Below are positions 55,585 to 64,000 of a stretch of DNA of 64,000 nucleotides, in pieces. The translations under genes were made by a program, and so were the position numbers. Under the pieces are notes generated by a model that saw only the letters and a program-made list of their open reading frames with translations, had not been told where the DNA came from and did no database searches. Numbering within the stretch: the stretch's first letter is position 1; every line of letters starts with the position of its first letter. The stretch comes from an uncultured Clostridia bacterium (GTDB lineage: Bacteria; Bacillota; Clostridia; Christensenellales; CAG-917), in NCBI GenBank assembly GCA_944363035.1, contig CALVTS010000001.1, positions 64,691 to 128,690 of the forward strand. The letters are read 5' to 3'.

Positions 55585-55890
55585 TCATTCCTCAAAGCGG
55601 TATTTTGCGAGATCCACGGTGAAGTCCTCCCGCACTTCCACCCCTTCATCCCTGAGCAGACGGGCTTGCACCTCCCGCCCTCCGAAAGCGAACGCGGGGG
55701 CGAGCGCGCCGAAGCGGTCGACTATCCTGTGGCAGGGGATGACCCCGGGACGGGGATTGCAATGCAGGGCGTAGCCCACCGCGCGGGAGGCGTGCGGAGA
55801 ACCGCACATCAGCGCTATCTGACCGTATGTCGCCACTCTCCCCTTGGGGACGCGCATCACCTGTTCGTACACTTTGTCGTAAAAGCTCAT
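55585..55890 (-). CDS. MGMT-family (methylated-DNA-protein-cysteine methyltransferase DNA-binding domain) protein
   Basis: Trimmed to MSFYDKVYEQVMRVPKGRVATYGQIALMCGSPHASRAVGYAL...IPCHRIV (PCHR active-site motif). Only the C-terminal domain is present (101 aa). Confidence 0.85.
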   Translation of the reverse strand: MSFYDKVYEQVMRVPKGRVATYGQIALMCGSPHASRAVGYALHCNPRPGVIPCHRIVDRFGALAPAFAFGGREVQARLLRDEGVEVREDFTVDLAKYRFEE

Positions 55891-56028
55891 ATCCTTATTT
55901 TGCCTCGTTTCGCGGTCTATCATCCATAAAGCCATGCCCGCCCATCATCGCGGCTCTTTCGGCGCCGACGCGCTCGGCCGCGCCCCGTCATCCGCTTTTT
56001 CGACGTATGGCGCGACGGGATGGAGATC

Positions 56029-56829
56029 TCAGCAAGAAAGCCCGAGCAGTTTTTCAGCCGAGACGTGGAGTATCTTCTGTTTGTCCTCCTCCGACAGATC
56101 GCAGGAGCGTATCATGTCCGCCGCCTCGGCGGTGTCGCTCCACGGAGAATCGGAGGCGAAGAGTATCCTGTCCGCGCCGTGCTTTTTAACGATGAACTCG
56201 AAAAGATCCTTCGGGCAGTATTTGGTCGCCATGGAGGTGTCCATATAAAGGTTCTTGCCCGCAAGGAACTCGGCGGTCTCCACCCATTGTTCCTGCCCGC
56301 CGAGATGCGCCACCACCATTTTGCCGCCGTCGAACCTCTCGGCAAGCGCGGCGAATCTGCGGGGATTGCTCCTGTACGGAGGGGTGCCTATGGGGTCGTA
56401 CCCCGCGTGCCAGAGCACGATGAGCCCCTTGGACATCGCGTACTCGTAGAGAGGGAACATCCTCTCGTCATCGACATAAAAGTCCTGATACTCCGGGTGC
56501 AGTTTTATGCCTTTGAGCCCGCGCGCCACTATGTCGTCCACATCCTCTTTCCAGCTTTCCGAAAAGGGATACACCGCGCCGAACGCGATGAGCCTGTCGT
56601 CGTTTATCTCGGACGCCCACGCGTTTATCTTCGCGGTCTGAGAGGGCTTGGTAGCGATGGAGAGCACCACGCTCTTGTCTATGCCGTGCGCGTCCATATA
56701 GCCGAGCAATCCCGCACGGGTCATATCCGTGCAATGGGTGTACGCTCCGTGGGAGTTGCGGATGAGCGCGGCGCGCGCCTTGGGCGCGAGATCGTCATTG
56801 AAAATGTGAGTGTGAAAATCTATTACCAT
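56029..56829 (-). CDS. amidohydrolase-2 family (TIM-barrel metal-dependent hydrolase)
   Basis: MVIDFHTHIF...KLHPEYQDF...LWHAG...VAHLGG...LFASDSPW. Start is ATG 56829 or TTG 56838, both with a weak RBS. Confidence 0.8.
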   Translation of the reverse strand: MVIDFHTHIFNDDLAPKARAALIRNSHGAYTHCTDMTRAGLLGYMDAHGIDKSVVLSIATKPSQTAKINAWASEINDDRLIAFGAVYPFSESWKEDVDDIVARGLKGIKLHPEYQDFYVDDERMFPLYEYAMSKGLIVLWHAGYDPIGTPPYRSNPRRFAALAERFDGGKMVVAHLGGQEQWVETAEFLAGKNLYMDTSMATKYCPKDLFEFIVKKHGADRILFASDSPWSDTAEAADMIRSCDLSEEDKQKILHVSAEKLLGLSC

Positions 56830-56944
56830 ACCACGCAATTTTACTCTTTCGCGCCCTCTCTGTAAAGCGCTTTTTTAAAAACGCAAAGCGGAGAAAATTT
56901 TTCCGCCCGATCCGCGCTCGCCTCATCCGAACGCTCCGGTCTCA

Positions 56945-57718
56945 TCACAAAAGATCCTTGACCGCCTTGTAGTTGTAGTTCTTTTTCAGCACGCGGTAGA
57001 ATGTGGGGATGGAGGAGAATCCGCTTGCGAGCGCCGCCTCGGACGCCGTGCATCCCGTATTTTTCATCACGTCCAGCGTGTGCATGAGCCTGACTGCGGA
57101 GACGTAATCCGTGATGGAAGTGCCGAGAGCCGCGTTGAAGAGCCTGGAAAAATAGTACTTGCTGTAACCGAAGTGCTCCGCCATACCTTCCAGGGTGATC
57201 TCGTCGGCGTAATGTTCGCCGATATATGCGAGTAGCTCGTCCACGAACCCCTGTCTGCCGCGCACTCCGTCGGCGTACCCCAGCTTGTCGGCGACCTTTC
57301 CCAGGAGCATATCGCAGTGCGCCTGCGCGAGGAGCCTGTTTTCCCCTCCCTCGGCGAGCGCGACGAAATGAGGATACACTCCCCTTGCGAACTCCTCGTC
57401 GTCTATGACGCAACCGTTCATCAGCTTGTCCCCGAACACGTCGTAAAAGTCGCGGAGCATATTGTTGGGAAAGACGATGACGGTCTGCCTGCCTCCGTCG
57501 CTCTCCTCGTAGCCGTGCATCTCGTAGCTGTTGGCGAAATAGATGTTGTCGGGGCGCAGGATGAGCTCCTTCCCGGAGGCGAAGACCTTTTTCTCCCCCG
57601 CGAGGACGTACATCACCTCCACCTTTCTGTGGAAGTGCACGGGGCACACGTTGTCGCGGTCCGCCCCGACGAACATATTTTCGTCCCGTTCTCTGTTTAT
57701 CTCATAGCGTGCCAGCAT
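56945..57718 (-). CDS. AraC family transcriptional regulator (cupin N-terminal domain)
   Basis: C-terminal HTH pair ITLEGMAEHFGYSKYYFSRLFNAALGTSITDYVSAVRLMH...ASEAALASGFSSIPTFYRVLKK. Confidence 0.88.
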   Translation of the reverse strand: MLARYEINRERDENMFVGADRDNVCPVHFHRKVEVMYVLAGEKKVFASGKELILRPDNIYFANSYEMHGYEESDGGRQTVIVFPNNMLRDFYDVFGDKLMNGCVIDDEEFARGVYPHFVALAEGGENRLLAQAHCDMLLGKVADKLGYADGVRGRQGFVDELLAYIGEHYADEITLEGMAEHFGYSKYYFSRLFNAALGTSITDYVSAVRLMHTLDVMKNTGCTASEAALASGFSSIPTFYRVLKKNYNYKAVKDLL

Positions 57719-57892
57719 GACGACCTCCTCCCCGAAAATTTACAATTTCGGGCTCATCATCGCAATATATGAGAATAGTATAACCAAAAATTTAATGCGC
57801 GTCCAGCGAATGAGAGCTAAAATGTCGGCGAAAAATAAAAGAGAAGAAAAACGCCGGGCGTATCGCGTTCGGCAAACACAAGGAGGTGCATC

Positions 57893-57988
57893 ATGAAAAA
57901 CGTCAACGCAAGACATCCCCGCGACAACAAGAGCACGGGCATTGCAAAGCGCATCGGCGAAGCCCTCTTTTGGGCGACCCGCAGATGA
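57893..57988 (+). CDS. possible 31-aa basic peptide
   Basis: Hand-found ORF: AGGAGG, 6 nt, then ATG. MKNVNARHPRDNKSTGIAKRIGEALFWATRR. A hairpin AGCGTCCGCAG/CTGCGGGCGCT-TTTC follows about 55 nt downstream. No homology recognised. Confidence 0.3.
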   Translation: MKNVNARHPRDNKSTGIAKRIGEALFWATRR

Positions 57989-58200
57989 GCGGGATCCGAT
58001 CGACTATCACGCGAAAGCCTCGGGAAAGCCCGCGGCTTGCATCAAAAAAGCGTCCGCAGAGCCTGCGGGCGCTTTTCATCACTTTTTTCAAAGAGGCTTT
58101 GGTCATCCTCCATCGGAGGTCATCCGCCTTTTCGGCGCGCTTGTCCGTTCTCATGCGCGGCAGAGCGTCGCTCTCCGTTTTCGGCGCGTTTCGGACGCGC

Positions 58201-58686
58201 TCACATCTCCTCTTCGGAGACAGCCTTTTCCAGCTTTGCCGCAAGCTCCTCAAGGTACACCTTGATGACGCTCATCACTTTGTCGTATTCCTCCTGCGAC
58301 TTGTAGAGGAAGGGATCGGGGATGGGAGTGTATTTCCCCTCGGCGGCTTCCGAAAGGGTGACGAATTTTTTGCGGTATTTGCGCGGAGTCAGCCACTTGT
58401 GCATCTTTGACATCCCGACGATGACGTCCGCGTCGCGGAATTTCTCGGGCTCCGTCCATTTGAAGGAGGGCTTGAACGCAGCTATCTCCTCCTCGGAAAA
58501 CCCCTCTCTTTTCAGACTGACGGCGGCTTTGGGGAAGATGACCTTACTGCGATTGAAAACGGCGGAAGAGCTCACCTCGATGTTTTTACGGGAGAGCACG
58601 GGGCTGTTTTTCACTATGCGGCGGAACACGAGCTCCGCAAAGGGGCTCCTGCACACGTTGCTGGAACACACAAAGAGTATCTTCAT
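58201..58686 (-). CDS. low-molecular-weight phosphotyrosine phosphatase / ArsC-like family protein
   Basis: MKILFVCSSNVCRSPFAE (CX5R-S P-loop) and the later IPDPF (DP loop). ATGA overlap with the upstream oxidoreductase. Confidence 0.8.
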   Translation of the reverse strand: MKILFVCSSNVCRSPFAELVFRRIVKNSPVLSRKNIEVSSSAVFNRSKVIFPKAAVSLKREGFSEEEIAAFKPSFKWTEPEKFRDADVIVGMSKMHKWLTPRKYRKKFVTLSEAAEGKYTPIPDPFLYKSQEEYDKVMSVIKVYLEELAAKLEKAVSEEEM

Positions 58687-59741
58687 ATCACCTCCGCCGC
58701 AGGATCCTGCGGCACGCTTATCTCCATATCGCTCTCGGGATAGGTGCAACAGGGGTGCACTATCCCGCGCCGTACATCCTCCGAAGACCTCTCGTCATGC
58801 TCGGGATGCACCGAATACCTCCCCGCCGTCACCGTGCTTCGGCAGAACCCGCACTCCCCCACCCTGCATTGCGAGAGCGCGCCGAGCCCCGCTCTTTCCA
58901 TCGCGACCATGAGGGTCTCCGAAGCCCGCGTGGGGATGACGTACTCCCTGCCCGCGAGGTGCACCGAGAGTGAAAACATCCTGTCGTCCTCCCTGTCCGT
59001 GACGGAGTTTTGAGAGAATTTCATGCCGCGGACGCTCCCGTCTCCCGCAAGCTCGCGCAGGATGTGACCGTAGAGCTCGTTGCCTCCGCAGGCAAAGAGC
59101 GTAGTTGCCTCATTCACGTATTTATGCAACAATTCGCGCGTAAAAACTCCGCTTTCCGCAAAATCGGGCGCGTCGCTCTCCACGACATAGACCACCTGCA
59201 CGCGTCCGCTCTTCATGCCGTCCAGCACGTCGCGGAAGAGAAACTCGTATGCGTTCTTCACGCAGAAGAAGAGGGTCATGCGGTAGTTCTCGCTCCCCTC
59301 CTCCGCCGCCTTCGCCATGGAGAGCATGGAGGTGATGCCCGCGCCTCCCGCCACTCCCGTGACGTGCGCGCAGTCCTTTCCGCGCTCGTAGACGAATCTG
59401 CCGGCGGGACGGCTGACTTCCAGCACATCCCCCTCCTTCACTTCGTCCACGAGATAGGAGGAAAGTATCCCCGCCTTCTTGACGGTGGAGATATATATGC
59501 CGCTCTCCGCCTCCTTGGGCGAGGAGGCGAGAGTGTACGCCCTCGTGACGCGGCTCCCGCCCACGTCTGCGGTGATCGCGATATAGTTGCCCGCGCGCTG
59601 GGGCGCGAGGGTCTTCGTCCTCTCTCCGTCCGCCCGGAACACGAAAGTCCTGAGCCCCGGGAAATGCTCGATGACTCTCTGCACTCTTACAAATTGTTTG
59701 CCGCCGTCGGCGGGCGCGAGGGAAACGTCCGTATACTTCAT
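58683..59741 (-). CDS. FNR-like flavin reductase fused to a 2Fe-2S ferredoxin domain
   Basis: RAYTLASSP (RxYS FAD motif), GVAGGAGITSMLSM (NAD-binding), and C-terminal CRVGECGFCRS...C (plant-type 2Fe-2S). Confidence 0.85.
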   Translation of the reverse strand: MKYTDVSLAPADGGKQFVRVQRVIEHFPGLRTFVFRADGERTKTLAPQRAGNYIAITADVGGSRVTRAYTLASSPKEAESGIYISTVKKAGILSSYLVDEVKEGDVLEVSRPAGRFVYERGKDCAHVTGVAGGAGITSMLSMAKAAEEGSENYRMTLFFCVKNAYEFLFRDVLDGMKSGRVQVVYVVESDAPDFAESGVFTRELLHKYVNEATTLFACGGNELYGHILRELAGDGSVRGMKFSQNSVTDREDDRMFSLSVHLAGREYVIPTRASETLMVAMERAGLGALSQCRVGECGFCRSTVTAGRYSVHPEHDERSSEDVRRGIVHPCCTYPESDMEISVPQDPAAEVI

Positions 59742-59742
59742 A

Positions 59743-60819
59743 TCAATCCATCGCGAGCACTATCCTGTTGTAGAGGATCTCGCTCCAAATGTCATACAAG
59801 AACATGAACGGCCACAGCACGAAATTGCAAATGCCCGTGATGAGGGTCCCTACCCTCCGCGTCTCGAAAAATCTGATGATCCGCAACAGCCAGGGCATGA
59901 TGAAACAGAACATCAGTATCAATATTATTTTGAGCAACATCGGATACTTCTCGAAACGCTGGGTGGGAGTGGTCTCGTCGGGGAGCTCGGGGATCCTGAC
60001 GCTGAAAACGGAGCCCTTCCCCTTTTTGGAGCGCACCCTTATCTCTCCGCCGTGACGGTGCGCGATCTGTTGCGCGACGTAAAGCCCCAGCCCGGAGTTT
60101 TTGGAATCCGTGCGGGAGGATTCCTCCATAAAGAACTTGTCAAAGACGTAAGGGAGATTTTTCTTTTCGATGCCCCTCCCCGTATCCTTGACTTTCGCGA
60201 TGAAAAATTTGCCGTTGTGCTCGAAGGAGACGGTGATCTTCCCTCCCTCTTCGGTGTACTTCACGGCGTTGGAGATGAGGTTTTGAAACACCCTTTCCAG
60301 CTCCCGCCTGTCGGCATATATCTCCACGGAAGGGATGCGCCTGACTTTGTAGGAGATGTTCTTGGCTCTGGCGAGCGACTCGAATTTGTCCAGCACCGCG
60401 CCGAGGAACATCCTGGTGTCCACCTTTTCTTTGAGGGAATCTATCTCGTCTATCTCGTGCTTTGAGGTCTCCACGAGTTTGAGGACGAGCCCGTTGAGCT
60501 GTTCCGTCTTTTCGGTGATGAGGGCGAGATAATCCTTGTCGTCCATGCCGTCCTGCAAACACTCCGCGTACCCCGAGATGAGCGCGAGCGGAGTCTTGAC
60601 GTCATGGGCGACGCTGGCGATGGCGAGCTTGTTCTGCTCTATGGCGCGGGCATGGGCGATCTGTTGCTCCAACGTCGTGACGCGGAGCTTTTCGAGGGCG
60701 CGCAGTATCTTCCTCTGCAACGCGGTGCCGCAAGGCTGTATGGGCGTGGAGTAGTCGCCCGCGTTCAACGCGTCGACCGCCGCCTGCACATAGTTTTTGC
60801 GACCTCTCAATCCTGCCAT
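59743..60819 (-). CDS. sensor histidine kinase with C-terminal transmembrane anchor
   Basis: H-box SVAHDVKTPLALISGY, N-box NLISNAVKY, G-boxes DTGRGI and GLGLYVA. Two TM helices after the ATPase domain (MLLKIILILMFCFIMPWLL, LITGICNFVLWPFMFLY). No N-terminal TM or sensor domain. Confidence 0.88.
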   Translation of the reverse strand: MAGLRGRKNYVQAAVDALNAGDYSTPIQPCGTALQRKILRALEKLRVTTLEQQIAHARAIEQNKLAIASVAHDVKTPLALISGYAECLQDGMDDKDYLALITEKTEQLNGLVLKLVETSKHEIDEIDSLKEKVDTRMFLGAVLDKFESLARAKNISYKVRRIPSVEIYADRRELERVFQNLISNAVKYTEEGGKITVSFEHNGKFFIAKVKDTGRGIEKKNLPYVFDKFFMEESSRTDSKNSGLGLYVAQQIAHRHGGEIRVRSKKGKGSVFSVRIPELPDETTPTQRFEKYPMLLKIILILMFCFIMPWLLRIIRFFETRRVGTLITGICNFVLWPFMFLYDIWSEILYNRIVLAMD

Positions 60820-61481
60820 TTATATCCGAGCCCCCATACGGTCACCACGTTTTCGATGCCGTACTTGGAAAGTTTTTCTCTGAGGCGCGCCACGGTGACC
60901 GCGACGGTGTTCTCGTCGATGTAATCGTCATATCCCCACACCACGTCGATGAGCTTCTGTTTGCTGAATATCTGATTGGCGTTTTTGGTGAGGAAGTCCA
61001 GCAGATTGAACTCTTTCAGAGTGAGAGGCACGCTCTCGCCGTCCACCTTGACCTCGTGGCGGGTGGAGGAGATCTTCATGTTGCCGTACACTCTCTCGCT
61101 CCTCTCCTGGGTGTTGAGTTCGTAATAGCGGCGGAGCTGGGCGTTCACCCTGCCCACCATCTCCTTGAAGGAGAAGGGTTTGGTCATATAATCGTCCGCG
61201 CCGAGCTCGAACATCCTGAGCTTCTCGTCCTCGCCCACTATCGCCGAGACCACGATGACGGGGATGCTGTATTCGCGGCGCAGAGACTTGCACACCTCAT
61301 AGCCGTCGATGACGGGCATCATGATGTCGAGCAACACGAGGTCGGGCTGCATGGTGCGCGCGTATTCCAAAGCCTGCGCTCCGTTGAACGCCTGATAGAC
61401 AGAGTGCCCCGCCTTGATGAGGTAGTTGCGCATCATGTCGTTGAGTTCGGTGTTGTCTTCGGCTATGAGTATCTTTCTCAT
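60807..61481 (-). CDS. OmpR-family response regulator
   Basis: MRKILIAEDN...DLVLLDIMMP (receiver Asp) and a winged-helix C-terminal domain LTLKEFNLLDFL...VWGLGYKW. Confidence 0.92.
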   Translation of the reverse strand: MRKILIAEDNTELNDMMRNYLIKAGHSVYQAFNGAQALEYARTMQPDLVLLDIMMPVIDGYEVCKSLRREYSIPVIVVSAIVGEDEKLRMFELGADDYMTKPFSFKEMVGRVNAQLRRYYELNTQERSERVYGNMKISSTRHEVKVDGESVPLTLKEFNLLDFLTKNANQIFSKQKLIDVVWGYDDYIDENTVAVTVARLREKLSKYGIENVVTVWGLGYKWQD

Positions 61482-61490
61482 ATTCCCCTC

Positions 61491-62354
61491 CTACTTCTTT
61501 TTGAGATCTATGCCGTGTTCTCGGAAATATCTCACATACACTCCGCGCCAGTAGGCGCAGACGTCCTTTCTCGTCAGTCCCTCGCGGGGCGGCGCGAACT
61601 TGTATGCGCCGTTCACCCTCCAACCGTTGAGTATCCCGATGGAGATGGCGTCCGTGGGACAGTTGAAGGAACACGCTGTGCACCCTATGCAATCCTTGCC
61701 GAAGGAGGGCGTCCCGTCCTTCATCTCTATGTTGAGCATGGGGCACAGCTTGGCGCACTTGCCGCAGGACACGCACTTTTCCTTGTCCGCCTTGAACAGT
61801 CTGCCCATATAGGGCATGGCTTTGTGCTCTATCGCCACGACAAAGCGGGTCGCTACCGCGAGCGGGCTCGCTTTCAACTGCCTCTCCTCCCCCGCGAATA
61901 TCGCGTCCGCGTCCGAGGGCGCGGTGTTTTTCGCCGCCTGCCAGAGGAGTGAAGCCATGTCGTCGGAGTGGCGGAAGATCATGTTGTAGGGCATGACGTA
62001 ATGGAATTCTCCCTTTTTGACATACCCTTTCTTTTTCAGCGCTCTGTCCATCACTCGGGAGGACGCGTCGTTGACGTGCAACGGCTCGCCGCTGGTCTTG
62101 ACTACATAATACACTTTATCCTTGCATTCGGGCAAGTCTTTTGCGAGATCCACCACGTTTTGAGGGGCGTTGAACCCGTGCACGGGATATCCGATGACGA
62201 GAACGTCCGCCGCCGCGACGTCGGGGGCGCTCATATCCTTGCGGATACGCACCGTCTCGCACTCTGCGCCGCGCTCTTTCAATCTGTCCGCAAACAGCCC
62301 GCACACCTTCATGGTGTTGCCGCTCGCCGAAAATACGACAAACAGAACTTTCAT
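61491..62354 (-). CDS. EFR1-family ferredoxin (flavodoxin-like domain plus 2x 4Fe-4S)
   Basis: Trimmed to MKVLFVVFSASGNTMKV. CVSCGKCAKLCP and CIGCTACSFNCP motifs. The ATG overlaps the upstream stop by 1 nt. Confidence 0.82.
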   Translation of the reverse strand: MKVLFVVFSASGNTMKVCGLFADRLKERGAECETVRIRKDMSAPDVAAADVLVIGYPVHGFNAPQNVVDLAKDLPECKDKVYYVVKTSGEPLHVNDASSRVMDRALKKKGYVKKGEFHYVMPYNMIFRHSDDMASLLWQAAKNTAPSDADAIFAGEERQLKASPLAVATRFVVAIEHKAMPYMGRLFKADKEKCVSCGKCAKLCPMLNIEMKDGTPSFGKDCIGCTACSFNCPTDAISIGILNGWRVNGAYKFAPPREGLTRKDVCAYWRGVYVRYFREHGIDLKKK

Positions 62355-63916
62355 CAGTACCTCCTGTACATGGCTTTGTCGCCCTTGAAGAAATATTCGG
62401 TGTTCTCCTCCCTCGCGTGAGTGTCGTACCACACCTGAGCGTAGAAGGGCATGAACTTGGCGAGCCTGTCGAAATCCCAGGGTTCGGGCTGACAGCACAC
62501 GGGGCACCAATGTCCTGCTTTGAGCACGGTGTAGGGAGAGGCGTAGAAGGTGTGACCGTCATGGCACTCCCACTGCAATTTGGTGTAAAGGTCGCCTTTT
62601 GTCATGCTCTCGCTGAGGCACTTCCCTCCGCGATACGCCGCGGCGGAACGCATATCCTCGATGTCGAGCTCGCTGTCCGGCTTGCTTTCGTCATAGCCGT
62701 GATTGAGCAGGAAACCGTACTTTTTGATGTTCTCCGCCTTGCGCATGGCGTCGTAATCAATGTTGCCGTCCGCCACCTCGCCCTTTGCGAGCACGGGGAA
62801 TTCCTTCCAGCTCTTTGCCATACATTTGAGGTTGTCCTCGCTCCCGAAAAATGCACGAGTACGCCCTTTATCTCCCGATTTGACCCATTCAAGCGGTGAA
62901 TTGATGTGTTTGAGCAGTCTTTTGAACCCTATCGCCGAGATCACCCCCGACGGCACCACCGCCGCCGCTTTGTAGATGGGAAACTTCTCCACTATCGCTT
63001 TGCAGAACTCGTCGATGGTCTGGTGCTGATAGTCGAACATATCGTTGAGCACGTGTCCGTCCGCAAACCACAGCCCGTGGAAATTGCGTATGGAGTTCCA
63101 GCCCGGACTCATCACCTTTTCTATGTCGCTGCCTATCGTGGTGAGGAGCTTCTGATAGGTGTCGAAACCCGTCACGCGGTTGACTTCGCCGCCGCCGAGG
63201 TTGTAACACTTCTTCCAGAATGCGTCCACCTCTCCTTTGAGGTCGCGCTCCACTATGCGTTTGATGAGCAGACCGCTGTCCGGCGCGGTGGACCACTCCA
63301 AAGGCACGTTGACGCAGGTGTGGAACATCAGCCCGTCGCTCATGTTGTCCTTCATCATGTTGTAGTGGAGCATGGCGGTCTGACGTATGACAGCCCAATT
63401 TTTGAGCCCGCTGTCCAGGACGTATCTCTCCCCTTTCAGCTTGCTTGCCGCGTACACGTCGTAGACGCTGGGCAGGAGAGGATCGCCCACCCTCCCCCAG
63501 GGGTGCAGATAGTTGCGGTGACCGTACAGCGCGACGGTGGAGATGTGCACGAACTTGGGCTGTGCCTCCCCCATCCCTTCGACGGCGTCCACCATGTTGC
63601 GGGTGCCGAGATGATTGGCGCGTTTCGCCCCCTCGGGATCGTGATCGGACGCGGGAGGGATGACCGCTCCCACATGGAACACATATTGCGTCCCCGCCAC
63701 GAGCTCGCGGCAGGACTCCGCGTCGGCAAGGTCGCCGAAGACTATCTCCGCTCTTTTCCCGTACGCACGTTTTGCCGCGGACGCGAACTGTTTATCCTTG
63801 TTGCTGCGGCGGAGGAGTATCTTGACCTTTTCCACTTCCTCCAATTCCAAAAGCTGCCTCAGGCACTCTCTTCCCATATTGCCGCTTGCTCCCGTGAGCG
63901 CTATTACGACGGACAT
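62354..63916 (-). CDS. NAD(P)-dependent epimerase/dehydratase-like (extended SDR) protein with a large C-terminal extension
   Basis: MSVVIALTGASGNMGRECL (Rossmann TGxxGxxG) and YAASK (catalytic YxxxK). The C-terminal ~200 aa are of unknown fold and end in HWCPVCC. Confidence 0.8.
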   Translation of the reverse strand: MSVVIALTGASGNMGRECLRQLLELEEVEKVKILLRRSNKDKQFASAAKRAYGKRAEIVFGDLADAESCRELVAGTQYVFHVGAVIPPASDHDPEGAKRANHLGTRNMVDAVEGMGEAQPKFVHISTVALYGHRNYLHPWGRVGDPLLPSVYDVYAASKLKGERYVLDSGLKNWAVIRQTAMLHYNMMKDNMSDGLMFHTCVNVPLEWSTAPDSGLLIKRIVERDLKGEVDAFWKKCYNLGGGEVNRVTGFDTYQKLLTTIGSDIEKVMSPGWNSIRNFHGLWFADGHVLNDMFDYQHQTIDEFCKAIVEKFPIYKAAAVVPSGVISAIGFKRLLKHINSPLEWVKSGDKGRTRAFFGSEDNLKCMAKSWKEFPVLAKGEVADGNIDYDAMRKAENIKKYGFLLNHGYDESKPDSELDIEDMRSAAAYRGGKCLSESMTKGDLYTKLQWECHDGHTFYASPYTVLKAGHWCPVCCQPEPWDFDRLAKFMPFYAQVWYDTHAREENTEYFFKGDKAMYRRY

Positions 63917-64000
63917 AATGACCTCCTCGATGTTTCTGAGGTCAGTATAGCTCGGGGAAATTACCCTGTCTTGACGAAAATCTTACAGTTTTCTTACATT

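Noticed and set aside
1-64000. Search for defence or mobile-element protein genes (integrase, transposase, Cas, restriction-modification, toxin-antitoxin, reverse transcriptase, phage structural genes)
   Set aside because: None of the credible ORFs shows hallmark motifs of these families. The unusual loci here are non-coding (35644-36731 and 16504-16910).

Overview
GC-rich, Firmicutes/Clostridia-style chromosomal segment with AGGAGG-type RBSs, many 1-4 nt start/stop overlaps and ECF/riboswitch-controlled vitamin genes. It is densely packed with mostly minus-strand operons. The high GC content produces many long antisense shadow ORFs in the six-frame track, which I rejected. Supported content: a heterodimeric ABC exporter pair; a complete glycine-cleavage operon (lplA-lpd-gcvT-gcvH-gcvPA-gcvPB); a fused DUF1538 membrane protein with two P-II-like proteins; esterase, MBL hydrolase and CMD genes; tmRNA (ssrA) followed by a nested repeat scar; a folate operon (folC-folE-folP-folBK) behind a THF riboswitch; an ABC ATPase/permease/1030-aa surface-protein operon; minimal SufC plus SufB/D-like genes; a P-type ATPase; a YfcC-type carrier; typA; a CDF transporter; yhbY; MscS; a DmpA-type peptidase; thiamine pyrophosphokinase; TPP-riboswitch-controlled thiT; mscL; trkH/trkA; adenine deaminase; a TetR regulator plus M28 peptidase; an ECF S-component plus Fe-S aldo/keto reductase; and a six-gene overlapping operon that embeds a two-component system among redox proteins. 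I recognised no integrase, transposase, cas, restriction-modification or toxin-antitoxin genes. The most unusual object is an ORF-free element of about 1.1 kb (35644-36731) between convergent genes. It has two opposed arrays of tandem 32-33 bp units (5 left, 6 right), a perfect 39-bp inverted core, an internal head-to-head unit pair and a highly structured centre. I cannot assign it to any family I know. Other leads are the duplicated tmRNA 3' end (att-like), an orphan promoter-to-terminator sRNA candidate, a histidine kinase anchored by C-terminal TM helices, and several small coupled ORFs below the ORF-track cutoff. All calls come from reading the sequence by eye, with no database searches.
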